Assembly (NCBI GenBank): GCA_965648905.1
Contig: CBFGIT010000017.1
Coordinates: forward strand, 1-64,000
Length of the DNA stretch: 64,000 bases
Source: a candidate division WOR-3 bacterium
GTDB lineage: Bacteria > Hydrothermota > Tepidihabitantia > Tepidihabitantales > Tepidihabitantaceae
Direction of reading: 5' to 3'
Shown: piece by piece, positions 50,980-61,177 of the stretch
How the letters are laid out: each line of letters begins with the position of its first letter
Position numbering within the stretch: position 1 is the first letter of the stretch
Notes under the pieces: generated by a model
The model's database searches: none
Told to the model about the DNA's origin: nothing
What the model saw: the letters and a program-made list of their open reading frames with translations, nothing else
Made by a program: the position numbers and the translations under genes

Positions 50980-53034
50980 GTGCCGCTTCTTGCTCTGATT
51001 GTCCTGTTTGCCACATCCGAGCCCGGCCCAGATTTGCCCAAAGACCTGGGTGGGCCGGATGGGTTCGGTTATGTCTTTGAGACTACTCAGGATTACGGTG
51101 ATACCATCTCGTTTTCCTGGATTGACCCGTCCGGTCACCATGAACTGACCAACTGGTACCCGAACTCTGACGACGGCTGCATCGCGGTTGCACTTCCTTT
51201 TCATTTCCCGTTCTACGGCGACACGCTCGATTCGGTCATTGTCTGTACTAACGGTTTCCTTCAGTACCCGACCAATTCGACCAGCCGTGCCAACCTGCCG
51301 CTGCCGGTGCCGACGCTGCCGAACCTGATTGCCCTGTTCTGGGACGACCTGAACCCGGGTCAGTCCGGCTCGGTTCGCAAGTACGATGACCGGGGAGCCG
51401 GGTTGACCGTTATCACCTGGCTCGATGTGGTCCGTCACAACACGGCCGAGACACTCTCGGCGCAGGTTGTTCTGTCGGCCGACGGCCGGATTCAGTTCAA
51501 CTTCCTCAGGGTGCCGGCGTGCGCGACCTCGAGCACGGTCGGGATTCAGGGCCACAGCGGCGCCTACGACCAGTTCCTGCAATACGTCGGTGACGGTGTT
51601 CCCGCACGTCACGTGCCGGTCAATGGTACGTCGGTGCGATTCCGTGTCCGGCGTCTGGAACACGATGTCGGCGTGGCGCGGGTCGGCTCACCTGAGACCT
51701 GGGTTCCGGCCGGGGCGCAGTGTCCGGTCACGGTGGTGGTTCGGAACTGCGGGACCTCGGTCGAGTCGTTTCCGGTGTGGGCGCGGTTCATCAGGACCCG
51801 GTATCCGTTTGACACGGTCTTTGGGGCCTCGGTGATGGTCAACGGGCTCACCCCGCGCGACTCGGCGCACCTCTACTTCGGCGACTGGCTGGTTCCGCTG
51901 ACGCCCGACTCATGGTACGTGCTGTTCGCGACGGTTCTGGAACGCGACAGCTTCCACTGGAACGACACGTGCCGCCAGTTGACAACATCTGTGCCGCCAT
52001 GCTTCGGCACGATTCTCGGCTCGTGGGACTTCCCCGGCCTGGGTGACGGGCTGAACTTGACCGGCATTACGTTCTGCCCGGACTCAGACCGGTTCTATCT
52101 CAATGCGATTGAGCCGAACCGGGTGTTCAGTCTGCCCGCCAGCCGGACCGGAGAGCTCAGACCCGAGCGGTTTGAGCTGCAGTCGTTCTTTGGCGACGAC
52201 CTACTCTGGGGTGCGGCCTGGGACCGAAGTCGTTCAAGCTTCTGGCTGGGCCATGTGCCGGCTGCGGGCCCGGGCACGATTCTTGCCCGTTATGCCGCGG
52301 ACGGCAGCTTCACCGGCGATACGTGGGACCTGGCCGGGGTGGAGTCGGGTGTCTGGTTCGCTGGTCTGGACGCCGGGCCGGCTGGCCGGTGCTACGCGGT
52401 CGCAGTGGGAGGAGAGAACCGCATCTATGAACTCGACCTGGGGACAAGGCAGGTCATTGGGTATCTGCCCGGTGCCCAAGCATCGTACCGGACCTGCGGC
52501 TATGTCGGGGACCGGAGTTGCTTCATTATTGCCGGCGGCTGGAATCAGAACGCACTCGTGCGACTCAGCGGGTTGGGCGAGGTGCTGGAATCGGCAGCGC
52601 TTGAAGGGCTTGCCGACGTTGCGGTTTTCTCGCACGCGAACATGCCGTCGGAGTCGCTGGTCTGGGGCATCGCCACAACCAGTTCGGACTGGAACTCGGT
52701 TCATGTTGTTTCACTCGGCCGTACCTGGGCGAACGTCGGTGTGGATGAAGGAACTGGGTCGGTGTCGGGCAGCGCGCCGATGCTTGAGATTCGCCCGAAC
52801 CCGGCCCGAGGGGCTGTGACGGTGACGCTTGGTCACGCCGAGCCTGGCACGCGGCTGAACCTGTTCGACGCGGCCGGACAGCTTGTTCGAACCGAGCTGG
52901 TGGCGGGCCGTTCCCGATTCCTGCTGCCGTTACGCGACCCAGCCGGCCGTGACCTTGCCTCGGGCGTTTATCTACTGACCCGCCGCGGCCGGGCTGGTTC
53001 CCGAACCGAGAAACTGGTTGTTGCCGGCCGGTAG
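50980..53034 (+). CDS. Exported protein (NIDO-like N-terminus, CARDB-like, propeller) with T9SS-like tail
   Basis: GGPDGFGY, LPFHFPFYG, IALFWDDL, HDVGV; IRPNPARG...LFDAAGQLVR...SGVYLL..KLVV. Confidence 0.75.
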   Translation: MPLLALIVLFATSEPGPDLPKDLGGPDGFGYVFETTQDYGDTISFSWIDPSGHHELTNWYPNSDDGCIAVALPFHFPFYGDTLDSVIVCTNGFLQYPTNSTSRANLPLPVPTLPNLIALFWDDLNPGQSGSVRKYDDRGAGLTVITWLDVVRHNTAETLSAQVVLSADGRIQFNFLRVPACATSSTVGIQGHSGAYDQFLQYVGDGVPARHVPVNGTSVRFRVRRLEHDVGVARVGSPETWVPAGAQCPVTVVVRNCGTSVESFPVWARFIRTRYPFDTVFGASVMVNGLTPRDSAHLYFGDWLVPLTPDSWYVLFATVLERDSFHWNDTCRQLTTSVPPCFGTILGSWDFPGLGDGLNLTGITFCPDSDRFYLNAIEPNRVFSLPASRTGELRPERFELQSFFGDDLLWGAAWDRSRSSFWLGHVPAAGPGTILARYAADGSFTGDTWDLAGVESGVWFAGLDAGPAGRCYAVAVGGENRIYELDLGTRQVIGYLPGAQASYRTCGYVGDRSCFIIAGGWNQNALVRLSGLGEVLESAALEGLADVAVFSHANMPSESLVWGIATTSSDWNSVHVVSLGRTWANVGVDEGTGSVSGSAPMLEIRPNPARGAVTVTLGHAEPGTRLNLFDAAGQLVRTELVAGRSRFLLPLRDPAGRDLASGVYLLTRRGRAGSRTEKLVVAGR

Positions 53035-53150
53035 CAAATCGCTTGACATCGCAGGCAGGTTGGTAAAATGATACCGCGGTTCGGGCCGGTCCGTGTTCGG
53101 GCCCGAACGACAGCGCGAACCTGACAATTCCAACCATCAGGAGGAACTTA

Positions 53151-53858
53151 GTGATAAGAGCACTGACGGCGCCTGCCGTACTGCTTCTGCTGCTTGGCTG
53201 CGGCGGACAGAAGCCGGTGCAGCCGGTCAAACCGGCGCAGGAAGCGGCAGCCGAAGCGCCCGAGACCACCGCGACCCTGACCGCGCCGGCGCCGGAGTCG
53301 TCGGCACCAGAGCAGGTCGCGGCCACAGAAGTGAAAGGCATGCTCAAAGACCAGCTAGACGTGAACAAGCTGCCGGACAATCTGTTCATCACCATCAAGG
53401 TGAAGGACTACGGCACGATGAAAGTCAAGTTCCATACCAGGGAAGCGCCCAAGAACGTCGCCAATGTGGCCAACCTGGCGATCAAGGGTTTCTATAATGG
53501 GTTGACTTTCCACCGGATCATTCCCGGCTTTGTCGCGCAGGGTGGCGACCCCAAAGGCGATGGTACAGGCGGGCCGGGCTATACGGTTCCGGCTGAAATC
53601 AAGATGCAGCATACCAAGGGTGCGATGGCGATGGCCCGGACCGGGGACCAGTACAACCCGAAGCGCGAGTCCTCGGGCAGTCAGTTCTATCTCTGTCTGG
53701 CACCGCTGCCTCAGCTTGATGCCGGGGGCTACACGGTAATCGGCCAGCTTGTCGAGGGCATGGACGTGCTCGACCGGCTCGGCCAGGTGAAGACCGGCGC
53801 AATGGACCGACCGGTCACACCGGTCGTCATGGAGCAGGTCTACGTAACGACCAAATAG
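53151..53858 (+). CDS. Cyclophilin-type peptidyl-prolyl isomerase, lipoprotein
   Basis: LLGC lipobox; FYNGLTFHRIIPGFVAQGGDP, SSGSQFY. Confidence 0.95.
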   Translation: MIRALTAPAVLLLLLGCGGQKPVQPVKPAQEAAAEAPETTATLTAPAPESSAPEQVAATEVKGMLKDQLDVNKLPDNLFITIKVKDYGTMKVKFHTREAPKNVANVANLAIKGFYNGLTFHRIIPGFVAQGGDPKGDGTGGPGYTVPAEIKMQHTKGAMAMARTGDQYNPKRESSGSQFYLCLAPLPQLDAGGYTVIGQLVEGMDVLDRLGQVKTGAMDRPVTPVVMEQVYVTTK

Positions 53859-53879
53859 GCTTTCAGTTTCACCGGCGGC

Positions 53880-54938
53880 TCAGGCTTCTGGTCTGGGCCG
53901 CTTTCGTCTTGCGGCGAGGCGGCCCTTGAGCAGGCTGGGCCGGATAATGCCCTGCTCGGTGACAAAGGCAGTGATAAGGCGGGCAGGCGTCAAGTCAAAG
54001 GCGGGATTGAAGACCGGAACGTCGGATGGCGCGGCCCGACAGGAACGGAACCGCCGAATCTCCTCGCCGTCCCGTTCCTCGACCGGGATGTGGTTGCCGT
54101 CCGGACAATCCGGGTCAAAGGTCGAGGCCGGCGCGACAACGTAGAAAGGTCGGCGGGCAGCCCGGGCGAGCAGCGCGAGCATCCTCGTGCCAACTTTGTT
54201 GGCCGTGTCGCCGTTGGCCGCGATTCGGTCGGCTCCAACCAGGACCAGGTTGCAGCGGTCAATCACCGTGGCCGCGGCACTGTCAACAATCAACGTGACC
54301 GGCACACCGGCCCGCTGCAGCTCAAGAACGGTCAGGCGGCTGCCTTGAAGTAGCGGACGGGTCTCGCAGGCATAGACGTGCACTTTGCGGCCGGTGCGGT
54401 GGGCGTGGAGCACAATGCCCAGCGCCGTGCCCAGACCGGGCGCGGCCAGAGCGCCGGTGTTGCAGATGGTGAGGACGTTAGCTTGATTCCGAATGAGGCT
54501 CAGACCGTGGCGGGCCATGGCCTGCGACCGTGCCGCCTCCTCGGACTCGATGCCCCGGGCTTCGGCTAGTACTGCCCGACGCAACCGGGTCGGTCCCATG
54601 CCCGGCTGGTCAAGCTGCCTCATGACTCGGTCAACCGCATGTCTGAGGTTCACCGCGGTCGGCCGGGCCTGGGCAAGTTGGCGCGCGGCCCGGCTCAGGC
54701 CGGAACGGAGTTGCGCATCAGGCAGTCGGCGCGCCTCGAGCGCGAGTCCATATGCCGCGGCGATGCCGATTGCCGGTGCGCCGCGTACCGCCAGGCGTCT
54801 GATGATGGCCACAACCGCACGTGCACTGTTCGGCTGAAGATACCGGACCTGCCCGGGTAGCCGGGTCTGGTCGAGAATCACCAGTCGGCCGCGCACCCAC
54901 GCGACCGCGCGCAGCCTACCCTTTCCGATGGACGGCAT
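53880..54938 (-). CDS. mtnA: S-methyl-5-thioribose-1-phosphate isomerase
   Basis: LDQTRLP, VRGAPAIG, RPTAVNL, CNTGALA, ETRP, GADRI, ANKVGT, NPAFD. Confidence 0.95.
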   Translation of the reverse strand: MPSIGKGRLRAVAWVRGRLVILDQTRLPGQVRYLQPNSARAVVAIIRRLAVRGAPAIGIAAAYGLALEARRLPDAQLRSGLSRAARQLAQARPTAVNLRHAVDRVMRQLDQPGMGPTRLRRAVLAEARGIESEEAARSQAMARHGLSLIRNQANVLTICNTGALAAPGLGTALGIVLHAHRTGRKVHVYACETRPLLQGSRLTVLELQRAGVPVTLIVDSAAATVIDRCNLVLVGADRIAANGDTANKVGTRMLALLARAARRPFYVVAPASTFDPDCPDGNHIPVEERDGEEIRRFRSCRAAPSDVPVFNPAFDLTPARLITAFVTEQGIIRPSLLKGRLAARRKRPRPEA

Positions 54939-55197
54939 CCTTAAGCAACTTGCCTGGTCGGAAGACGACACGCCGGCCCGCAGGGATGGGTACGGTTTCG
55001 CCGGTCTGCGGGTTTCGGCCGGTCCGCGCCCGGGCCCGACGGACCGCGAACGTGCCGAACCCGACCAGGACGACACGGCTGCCTCGCGCCAGCTCGCCGG
55101 CAATCAGGTCGAGTGTGACGTCCAGGGCCTGATTGGCCTGTTTCTTGGTCATCGCTGCTCTGGCAGCGACCTTGTCGACCAGTTGTTCTTTGTTCAT
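54916..55197 (-). CDS. hup: HU family DNA-binding protein
   Basis: MNKEQLV, GFGTF, GRNPQTGE, FRPGKLLK. Confidence 0.95.
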   Translation of the reverse strand: MNKEQLVDKVAARAAMTKKQANQALDVTLDLIAGELARGSRVVLVGFGTFAVRRARARTGRNPQTGETVPIPAGRRVVFRPGKLLKDAVHRKG

Positions 55198-55241
55198 TGC
55201 TTGCTGCCTCCTGCAGAATTATGCTGCCACTGGCCGAACAC

Positions 55242-55847
55242 CTATCTTGATCCGCTCCCGGTGATTGTTTGACGCACCAGGTCGTAGAAGTTCTGAAACA
55301 ACTGCTCGCCGTTGGGCCCGGAACGCTCCGGGTGGAACTGAACCCCGAAGAGCGGCCGGGTCGGATGGCGAATCGCCTCGACCGGACACGACGCCGAACA
55401 GGCAAACACCCGCCAGCCGGCTCGCTCAATGCCTTGGTAGTCAACGTACTCGCGGTGGCTTTCGAGCATCTCGAACTCCGGGCCCAGACCGAAGAAGAGC
55501 GGGTGCGGCTCCTCGGCCGCAATCATCTCGGTCCGCTGAATCAACTCGCCGGAAAGAACCGCAGCACCATGGACAAACGCGAGCAACTGGTGTCCGAAAC
55601 AGACCCCGAGCGTCGGCAGCCGGAGCCCGCGGACAAACTCGGTCAGAGCCGGGGGCGGTGGTTCGCGGGAAAGCAGCCACTGGGAACCGGACAGGATGAC
55701 CGCGGTGAAACTCTCAAGGCTGTAGCCCGGCTCGCAGGCACCCCAGGGCAGCTCATACGGCTCGGAATGTCGGCCGGCGAGCTCAAGGTAGCGGGCAATC
55801 TTCTCCTCCATCCGCTCTTGGTAGCAGTTGACGACCAGCGTTCTCAC
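55242..55847 (-). CDS. Class I glutamine amidotransferase
   Basis: LGVCFGHQ and GVQFHPE (Cys-His-Glu triad). Confidence 0.9.
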   Translation of the reverse strand: MRTLVVNCYQERMEEKIARYLELAGRHSEPYELPWGACEPGYSLESFTAVILSGSQWLLSREPPPPALTEFVRGLRLPTLGVCFGHQLLAFVHGAAVLSGELIQRTEMIAAEEPHPLFFGLGPEFEMLESHREYVDYQGIERAGWRVFACSASCPVEAIRHPTRPLFGVQFHPERSGPNGEQLFQNFYDLVRQTITGSGSR

Positions 55848-55898
55848 CGACCTCCTTCAGATTCGAAGCCGAGTCCCAGGCCGGCGGTCAAACCCGGG

Positions 55899-56675
55899 CT
55901 AGCTTCTTTCAGTCCGACGGCAGATGAAGGCGTAGACGTCATGATGGTGAATCGACTCGAAACTCTCGACCGCGACTTCGAACCCGAGCACCAGCGGGTG
56001 CTGCTCCAGACGGGCGGCGACCTTGCGTACCACGTCCTCGACGAATGCCGGGTTCTCGAAGGCGCGGGTGGTCAGATGCTGCTCGTCTTCGCGCTGCAAC
56101 AGCGAGTAGACTTCACTCGAACCGCAGTCTTCGACCAGGTCAATCAGGTCCTCAAGCCAGAGAAAACCGCGACACTCAACCTCGGCTCTGATCTCGGCCC
56201 GCTGGTTGTGGGCTGCGACCACGGCCATCTCCTTGGAACAGGGACAGAGCGTGGCGACCGGAACGGCGACACCAAGCCGGAGCCGGAACCGGTCCTCAAG
56301 GTCGGCCGAAAACCAGCAGCGATAGTCCATCAGGCCGCTTGCGCCCGAGACCGGTGCCGATTTCTCGATGAAATAGGGGAACTCCATCTCGAGGTGGGCC
56401 GAACGGCTGCCGAGTCGTTGCCGCATCTCGCGCAAAATCCCGCCCAGTTCGTGGACGTCAATCTCCCGGTGATAGCGGTTGAGGATTTCCACGAACCGGC
56501 CCATGTGGGTTCCGCGTTGGTTCACCGGCAGGCTGACCGACATCGAGATGCGGGCAACGGTGTGCTGGCGCCGGTGGGCCTTGTCGCGCAGGACGACCGG
56601 GTAGGAAAGACCTTTCACCCCGACCTTGTCAATGGCAAGCGGGCAGGCGGCGGATTCGGTTCTTACGTCAGGCAT
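55899..56675 (-). CDS. folE2: GTP cyclohydrolase IB
   Basis: RGTHMGRF, LCPCSKE, AHNQR, FVEDVVR, ESIHHHD. Confidence 0.96.
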   Translation of the reverse strand: MPDVRTESAACPLAIDKVGVKGLSYPVVLRDKAHRRQHTVARISMSVSLPVNQRGTHMGRFVEILNRYHREIDVHELGGILREMRQRLGSRSAHLEMEFPYFIEKSAPVSGASGLMDYRCWFSADLEDRFRLRLGVAVPVATLCPCSKEMAVVAAHNQRAEIRAEVECRGFLWLEDLIDLVEDCGSSEVYSLLQREDEQHLTTRAFENPAFVEDVVRKVAARLEQHPLVLGFEVAVESFESIHHHDVYAFICRRTERS

Positions 56676-56713
56676 GGTCGCGGCACGCGGATACTGGACA
56701 ACTCCGCCTCGGC

Positions 56714-57427
56714 CTACAACACGGCATGGGCTCGGAAGCTGTAGTGGCTGTCCCGGCAGACAATCACGTGGTCGAGCAGCCGGATGCCAAGAATCTTGCC
56801 TGCCTCGACCAGCCGGCGGGTCAGGCGAAGGTCGTCGTCCGACGGTCGCGGGTCGCCGGACGGATGATTATGGCAGACCACGACCGAGGCGGCCCGGGCC
56901 CGCACTGCCTTCTCAAACACCTCACGCGGATGGGCCAGGGTTGTGTCAAGACTACCGACCGACACATCGTCCCGACCCAGCAGCCGATTGCGCGAGTCGA
57001 GGTAGAGCGTGACAAAACACTCCTTGTCCCGGGCGCCGATGTCGGGCCGGACAATCCTGGCCACCGCGGCCGGGTCGCTCAGGTCGGCCCGCTCCCGGGC
57101 AACAAACGTCTCGTCGCTCCGGCGGGCAAGCTCAAACGCGGCAGCAATCTGGCACGCCTTGGCTGTTCCGATACCCGGAACCTGAGTCAGCTCGGCAATC
57201 GTCGCCCGCCCTACCTCGGCAACTGAGCCGAAGCGACGCAGCAGCTCCTCGGCAATCCGGCGCACCGGCATGCCGGCAGTGCCCCGGCTGATGATGACCG
57301 CCAGCAGTTCGATCTCGGACACATTCTCGCGCCCGACTTTCATCAAGCGCTCGCGCGGCCGCTCATGGGGCGGTGTCTCTCGCATCGTCGGTTGTCTGGT
57401 TGCCTCTGCTCTGCGGGCGGGCTTCAT
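56714..57427 (-). CDS. radC: RadC family JAB-domain protein
   Basis: ERPRERL, HPREVF, HNHPSGDPRPSDDD, LLDHVI. Confidence 0.95.
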   Translation of the reverse strand: MKPARRAEATRQPTMRETPPHERPRERLMKVGRENVSEIELLAVIISRGTAGMPVRRIAEELLRRFGSVAEVGRATIAELTQVPGIGTAKACQIAAAFELARRSDETFVARERADLSDPAAVARIVRPDIGARDKECFVTLYLDSRNRLLGRDDVSVGSLDTTLAHPREVFEKAVRARAASVVVCHNHPSGDPRPSDDDLRLTRRLVEAGKILGIRLLDHVIVCRDSHYSFRAHAVL

Positions 57428-57951
57428 TCGACGCGGAACTCCCACGCGCACCAGAACTCATCCGGGTGCTCATCAGGCGGACAGGCGATGCAGCGAGTGG
57501 TGATTCTCGAGTCGATGGTCCGGGCAAACCATTCGTACTCCACCAGCCCGACCGGCTTGCACGGAAAGTCGGGCAGACCCTTGCGACGCCGGGCTGACTG
57601 TACTCGACAATCGCGCATCCGGAAGACAACCCGGTTCTCGGTTTGCTCGATCGTTTCCTGCACGTTGATGAACGCATACAACCGGAACTGCAAGGCCCGA
57701 ACCAGTGCTGAAATGCCGCCGCCCGGCGCGATGCTGTGCCGCTTCATGATGCGCTCTGCCTCGATGACGGTGAACCGACGCCACGCCTCGGTGTCGGCCT
57801 TGATTGCTGCAGCCATCCCGTGGGCCTGCTCGACCGCCTGAAACCACAATCCGTCGTGCGCCAGCCAGTTCTTGGCCGAGTCTTCGATGATGCCCGTAAG
57901 CTCACCCGGTGTCAGGCCGGACAACTGGGGGAAACGTTCGTCCCGGTTCAT
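57424..57951 (-). CDS. DUF6125-like conserved protein
   Basis: NWLAHDGLWF, CRVQSARRRKGLPDFPCK, CPPDEHP..WCAWEF. Confidence 0.75.
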   Translation of the reverse strand: MNRDERFPQLSGLTPGELTGIIEDSAKNWLAHDGLWFQAVEQAHGMAAAIKADTEAWRRFTVIEAERIMKRHSIAPGGGISALVRALQFRLYAFINVQETIEQTENRVVFRMRDCRVQSARRRKGLPDFPCKPVGLVEYEWFARTIDSRITTRCIACPPDEHPDEFWCAWEFRVE

Positions 57952-58578
57952 GCTGGTCTCGATGATATAGCCAGACCCATCGCTGTCAACAAGCACGCGG
58001 TCGACTCCATGTCGCAGGCTGCAGCTCTTGCCTTGAGCAATACCGCTGGCCGGACCTGCTGAAGTGCCGGCGCTAGTACTGGTGGCTGTTCTGGTCGCTG
58101 CGACTTGTCAAGGCGAGCCCGTCATGCCGGCTGGCGTCGCAGAGGTTGCCCCGGTAGCTTTCCACCGGCAATCTACGCTTGGCTGGGCTTCTGCAATCGC
58201 GCTTGGCTTGTCCTGAGGGTTGCCGACGTAATGGAATCACACCGGGATTCTGACTGCAACGACAGAAGTGACAGTCGGAGTGCTTAGGGGAACGGTCCAG
58301 TAGGCATACCCCAACCAGGCTAGTCAATACGGCTTCGCGCATGTAACACCTTGACTATCTGACTGTTAGCCATTGACTGATGACGGCCGACCAACCACGC
58401 GCTCCGTTCTGCGACCAGCCGACTTCGGTGGTTGTGCTGCTCAGGCCGGTCTTGGCCTTCGTTTCAGCATACGCCGCAGGTCTTGTCTGGCGCAGCGGAT
58501 GACATCAACGCGGTGGCAATGACCGGCTCCGCGGAAGCTGAGTCAGATGCCAGTTGTCGGGGTTTTCAGGTACCGGCG

Positions 58579-59745
58579 TCAACGCTGAACCACGACCTTG
58601 ATGACGCCTGAACCTGAACAGACGAAGTAAACACCCGGTGCGAGATGCCGAGTATCATTCGCGCCGGGCCGAAGTTTCATGGCTCTTCGGCCGAAGACAT
58701 CGAGCAGCTCAACAACCGCTTTCCTTCCGCTCCTTACCGACAGTAGCAATTCCCCGCAGACCGGACTGGATACGGACGCGACCTCGCCACCCAGGACTAC
58801 TGACGGCTGCTCGATGCCGACCGTCGGCAGCCGGACTTCGACCGATTCCATGGTCGGGTGCCCGAGAATTGAATCGTCATACACGTAGGCGAAGTTCCAG
58901 TCGCTGGAATCGCCGTGCAGATAGCGCTCGAAACAAGCGGTCATGTGCCTGCGGACAATCATCTGCTGGGTGTCGCGTGATATCGTGGCTGTACCGCCGT
59001 TCTCCCAGAAATAGGAGAAGTCCATGTAGAAACCGTGGTTCGCGCCGCGTATGACCGCGAAAGTTCCGGGCGCAGGAGCCTGGGCCCAGAACGCCTCTCG
59101 GACACTGGTCCAGGGTGCGATGTTGTCAACGCTGCCCGGCATAATCACCTTGGGCACATAGAGGCGTGCGCTGCGTGTCGGCGGCGTGGTCTGGGGGCTG
59201 GCGAGCGCAACGACTGCGCGCAGCGTGTCGGTGAGCCTGAACGTGTCAGCCGCAAGAAGCGAAATCGCCCCGCCCAATGAATGGCCGGCAAAGCCCCAGT
59301 TCCACCGGTCGAGTTTCTGGTAGAACCGGTCAGCGGTCACGGTGTCGAGTGCCGAGACGAACCGGGCAGCATCGACCATCAGACGGGCACGTTTGTCGTG
59401 CTCTGGATTAATGAGCGGATTGGAGTAGGTCGGCAGCACCACGACATAGCCCCAACTGGCGAGATGGCGGGCGTAACTGTAGTACCGGTCGATGCCCATC
59501 TGCCATCCGTGGCCGAAGGCGACGATGGGCGCGGGTACTGCGGACCGAGGGAATGTGCCGCTGGAATCTGGATAGTAGATGCGCGAGTCGCGCATCGTTT
59601 CGGTGGTCCCTGGAATATCCTCTATCCGGTAGGCGAATCCGTATCGGCCCGGCGCCGAGAAGTCCGGGGTCTGCGCATATGCGGCGGATGCAATCACTGT
59701 AGTGAGCGACGCCGCAAGAGCGACTAGGGCAGTAGCAGGCCTCAT
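58579..59745 (-). CDS. Exported alpha/beta hydrolase (chlorophyllase/cutinase-like) with short tail
   Basis: HLASWGYVV, GHSLGG, GSVDNIAP, GANHGF; tail RPGANDTRHLAPGVYF. Confidence 0.8.
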   Translation of the reverse strand: MRPATALVALAASLTTVIASAAYAQTPDFSAPGRYGFAYRIEDIPGTTETMRDSRIYYPDSSGTFPRSAVPAPIVAFGHGWQMGIDRYYSYARHLASWGYVVVLPTYSNPLINPEHDKRARLMVDAARFVSALDTVTADRFYQKLDRWNWGFAGHSLGGAISLLAADTFRLTDTLRAVVALASPQTTPPTRSARLYVPKVIMPGSVDNIAPWTSVREAFWAQAPAPGTFAVIRGANHGFYMDFSYFWENGGTATISRDTQQMIVRRHMTACFERYLHGDSSDWNFAYVYDDSILGHPTMESVEVRLPTVGIEQPSVVLGGEVASVSSPVCGELLLSVRSGRKAVVELLDVFGRRAMKLRPGANDTRHLAPGVYFVCSGSGVIKVVVQR

Positions 59746-59746
59746 T

Positions 59747-61168
59747 CTATCTGATTTTGACCAGCTTGACGGCAGCACCGGTTCGCGGCTCGCGCAGGAA
59801 GTAGACCCCGGGCGCGAGCTGACGTACGTCGTTCAGCCCGGAATGCAAGTCGACCGCGCGACGGCCGGTGGCATTGAGCAGGGCCAATTGGGCACAGCGA
59901 CCGGCCTTTTCAGCGGAAACCGAATGGCAGCCACTCATCCGCAGCATGTCGTGGATGATGGTCGACCTGACGTTTGTCGTTCCGCGTTCATAGTTCATCG
60001 CTTCCTGCAATCCGCCTGCGGTGAGATTCCGCTTGTAGTAAAGCTCGGAGTTGCCATCCCGGTTGTCGTAGAAGACGAGATGGGCGCAGGCACCGGACGC
60101 GGCAATGGCCGATGTTCCCATGCCGGCAGCAGTTGTGAGCGTCGTTTCCGCCGACCAGGTGTGTCCATTGTCAGTCGAACCGCAGTAGCCGAACTGGAAC
60201 TGACCGCCCGGCCATTTGCGAAACGAAACGTGGACATTACCACCAGCCGCCGCGACGGTCGGATAGTCGGAGCCATAGTTCGGTCCGGTCAAGTAGTGCT
60301 CAGGTCTCCATGTCGCGCCGTTGTCGGCTGAACCGCGGTACCAGATACCATAGCCTTCATCTCGGCCATCCCACCAGCAGACGTGCACGTTGGCCCCAGC
60401 CGCTGCCACCACCGGCTGGTTCTGTTGGGTTGTGTCGGCAGTCAGGCGCGTCGGTTGCTGCCAGTTCGCACCGCCATCGGCTGAGCGCATGTACCATGCC
60501 TGCTGGCTACTGGTGTTCCAGTCTACCTGGGTCCAGACGATGTGACGATAGTTGCCAGCAGCGGCGAGGCACGCCTCTTTGTCCAGAATCGAGTCCTGCG
60601 CATTAGAGGTGAGACGCATGTCAGACGTCCAGGTCAGACCGCCGTTGTTCGACTGCTTGTAGTAGAGTTCGCCATTCCAGTTGCCGTCGCGGCTGTCGCT
60701 CCAGACCATGCCGACTGTATTGCCTTCAGCGGCAAGACTTGGGTCACCGCAGCCGCGACTGCTGGCGACCAGGGTTTCTGCTGCCGTCCACGTGGCTCCG
60801 GCGTCGGTCGAACGCCGATACATTATCGCGGTGTTCAAGTACGTCGGCCACGCGACGTGAACCAGTGCGCCTGAGGCAGCAAGTGACGGCCACAGGATAT
60901 TGGTGGTATCTGAGCTTAACTGGACCGGATTTTCCCAGCTAGTTCCGGCGTTGAAGGAGCGGATGAAGTACACATTGAACTTCCCGTCCCGGCTGTCCGT
61001 GAACGCGATGTAGAGCGTATCGCCGCTCAAGCAGACAGGGTGGTTGTTGGGGGCCGCAGTGTAGGTTCCGGCAGTGTCTTCGGTCAGCCGCTGGTCCGGT
61101 TCCCACTGTGCAGTGGCAGTGGACAAGAGCAGAACGGAGGCGGCGAGTATCATATGGCGATGGTTCAT
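59747..61168 (-). CDS. Exported BNR/sialidase-fold repeat protein with short tail
   Basis: RSTDAGATW, SNNGGLTW, SADGGANW, SADNGATW, STDNGHTW; tail SGLNDVRQLAPGVYF. Confidence 0.82.
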   Translation of the reverse strand: MNHRHMILAASVLLLSTATAQWEPDQRLTEDTAGTYTAAPNNHPVCLSGDTLYIAFTDSRDGKFNVYFIRSFNAGTSWENPVQLSSDTTNILWPSLAASGALVHVAWPTYLNTAIMYRRSTDAGATWTAAETLVASSRGCGDPSLAAEGNTVGMVWSDSRDGNWNGELYYKQSNNGGLTWTSDMRLTSNAQDSILDKEACLAAAGNYRHIVWTQVDWNTSSQQAWYMRSADGGANWQQPTRLTADTTQQNQPVVAAAGANVHVCWWDGRDEGYGIWYRGSADNGATWRPEHYLTGPNYGSDYPTVAAAGGNVHVSFRKWPGGQFQFGYCGSTDNGHTWSAETTLTTAAGMGTSAIAASGACAHLVFYDNRDGNSELYYKRNLTAGGLQEAMNYERGTTNVRSTIIHDMLRMSGCHSVSAEKAGRCAQLALLNATGRRAVDLHSGLNDVRQLAPGVYFLREPRTGAAVKLVKIR

Positions 61169-61177
61169 CGAAACTCC

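Noticed and set aside
53075..53125. tRNA-like GGTTCG hairpins
   Set aside because: No cloverleaf or acceptor stem; only local hairpins in a leader.
55269..56744. Long 491-aa plus-strand ORF (also 748..2001, 4618..5841, 22474..23748 and similar)
   Set aside because: These are antisense shadows of well-supported genes in GC-rich DNA.
58000..58575. Short ORFs or an ncRNA in this intergenic region
   Set aside because: No recognisable motifs, RBS or convincing long-range pairing.
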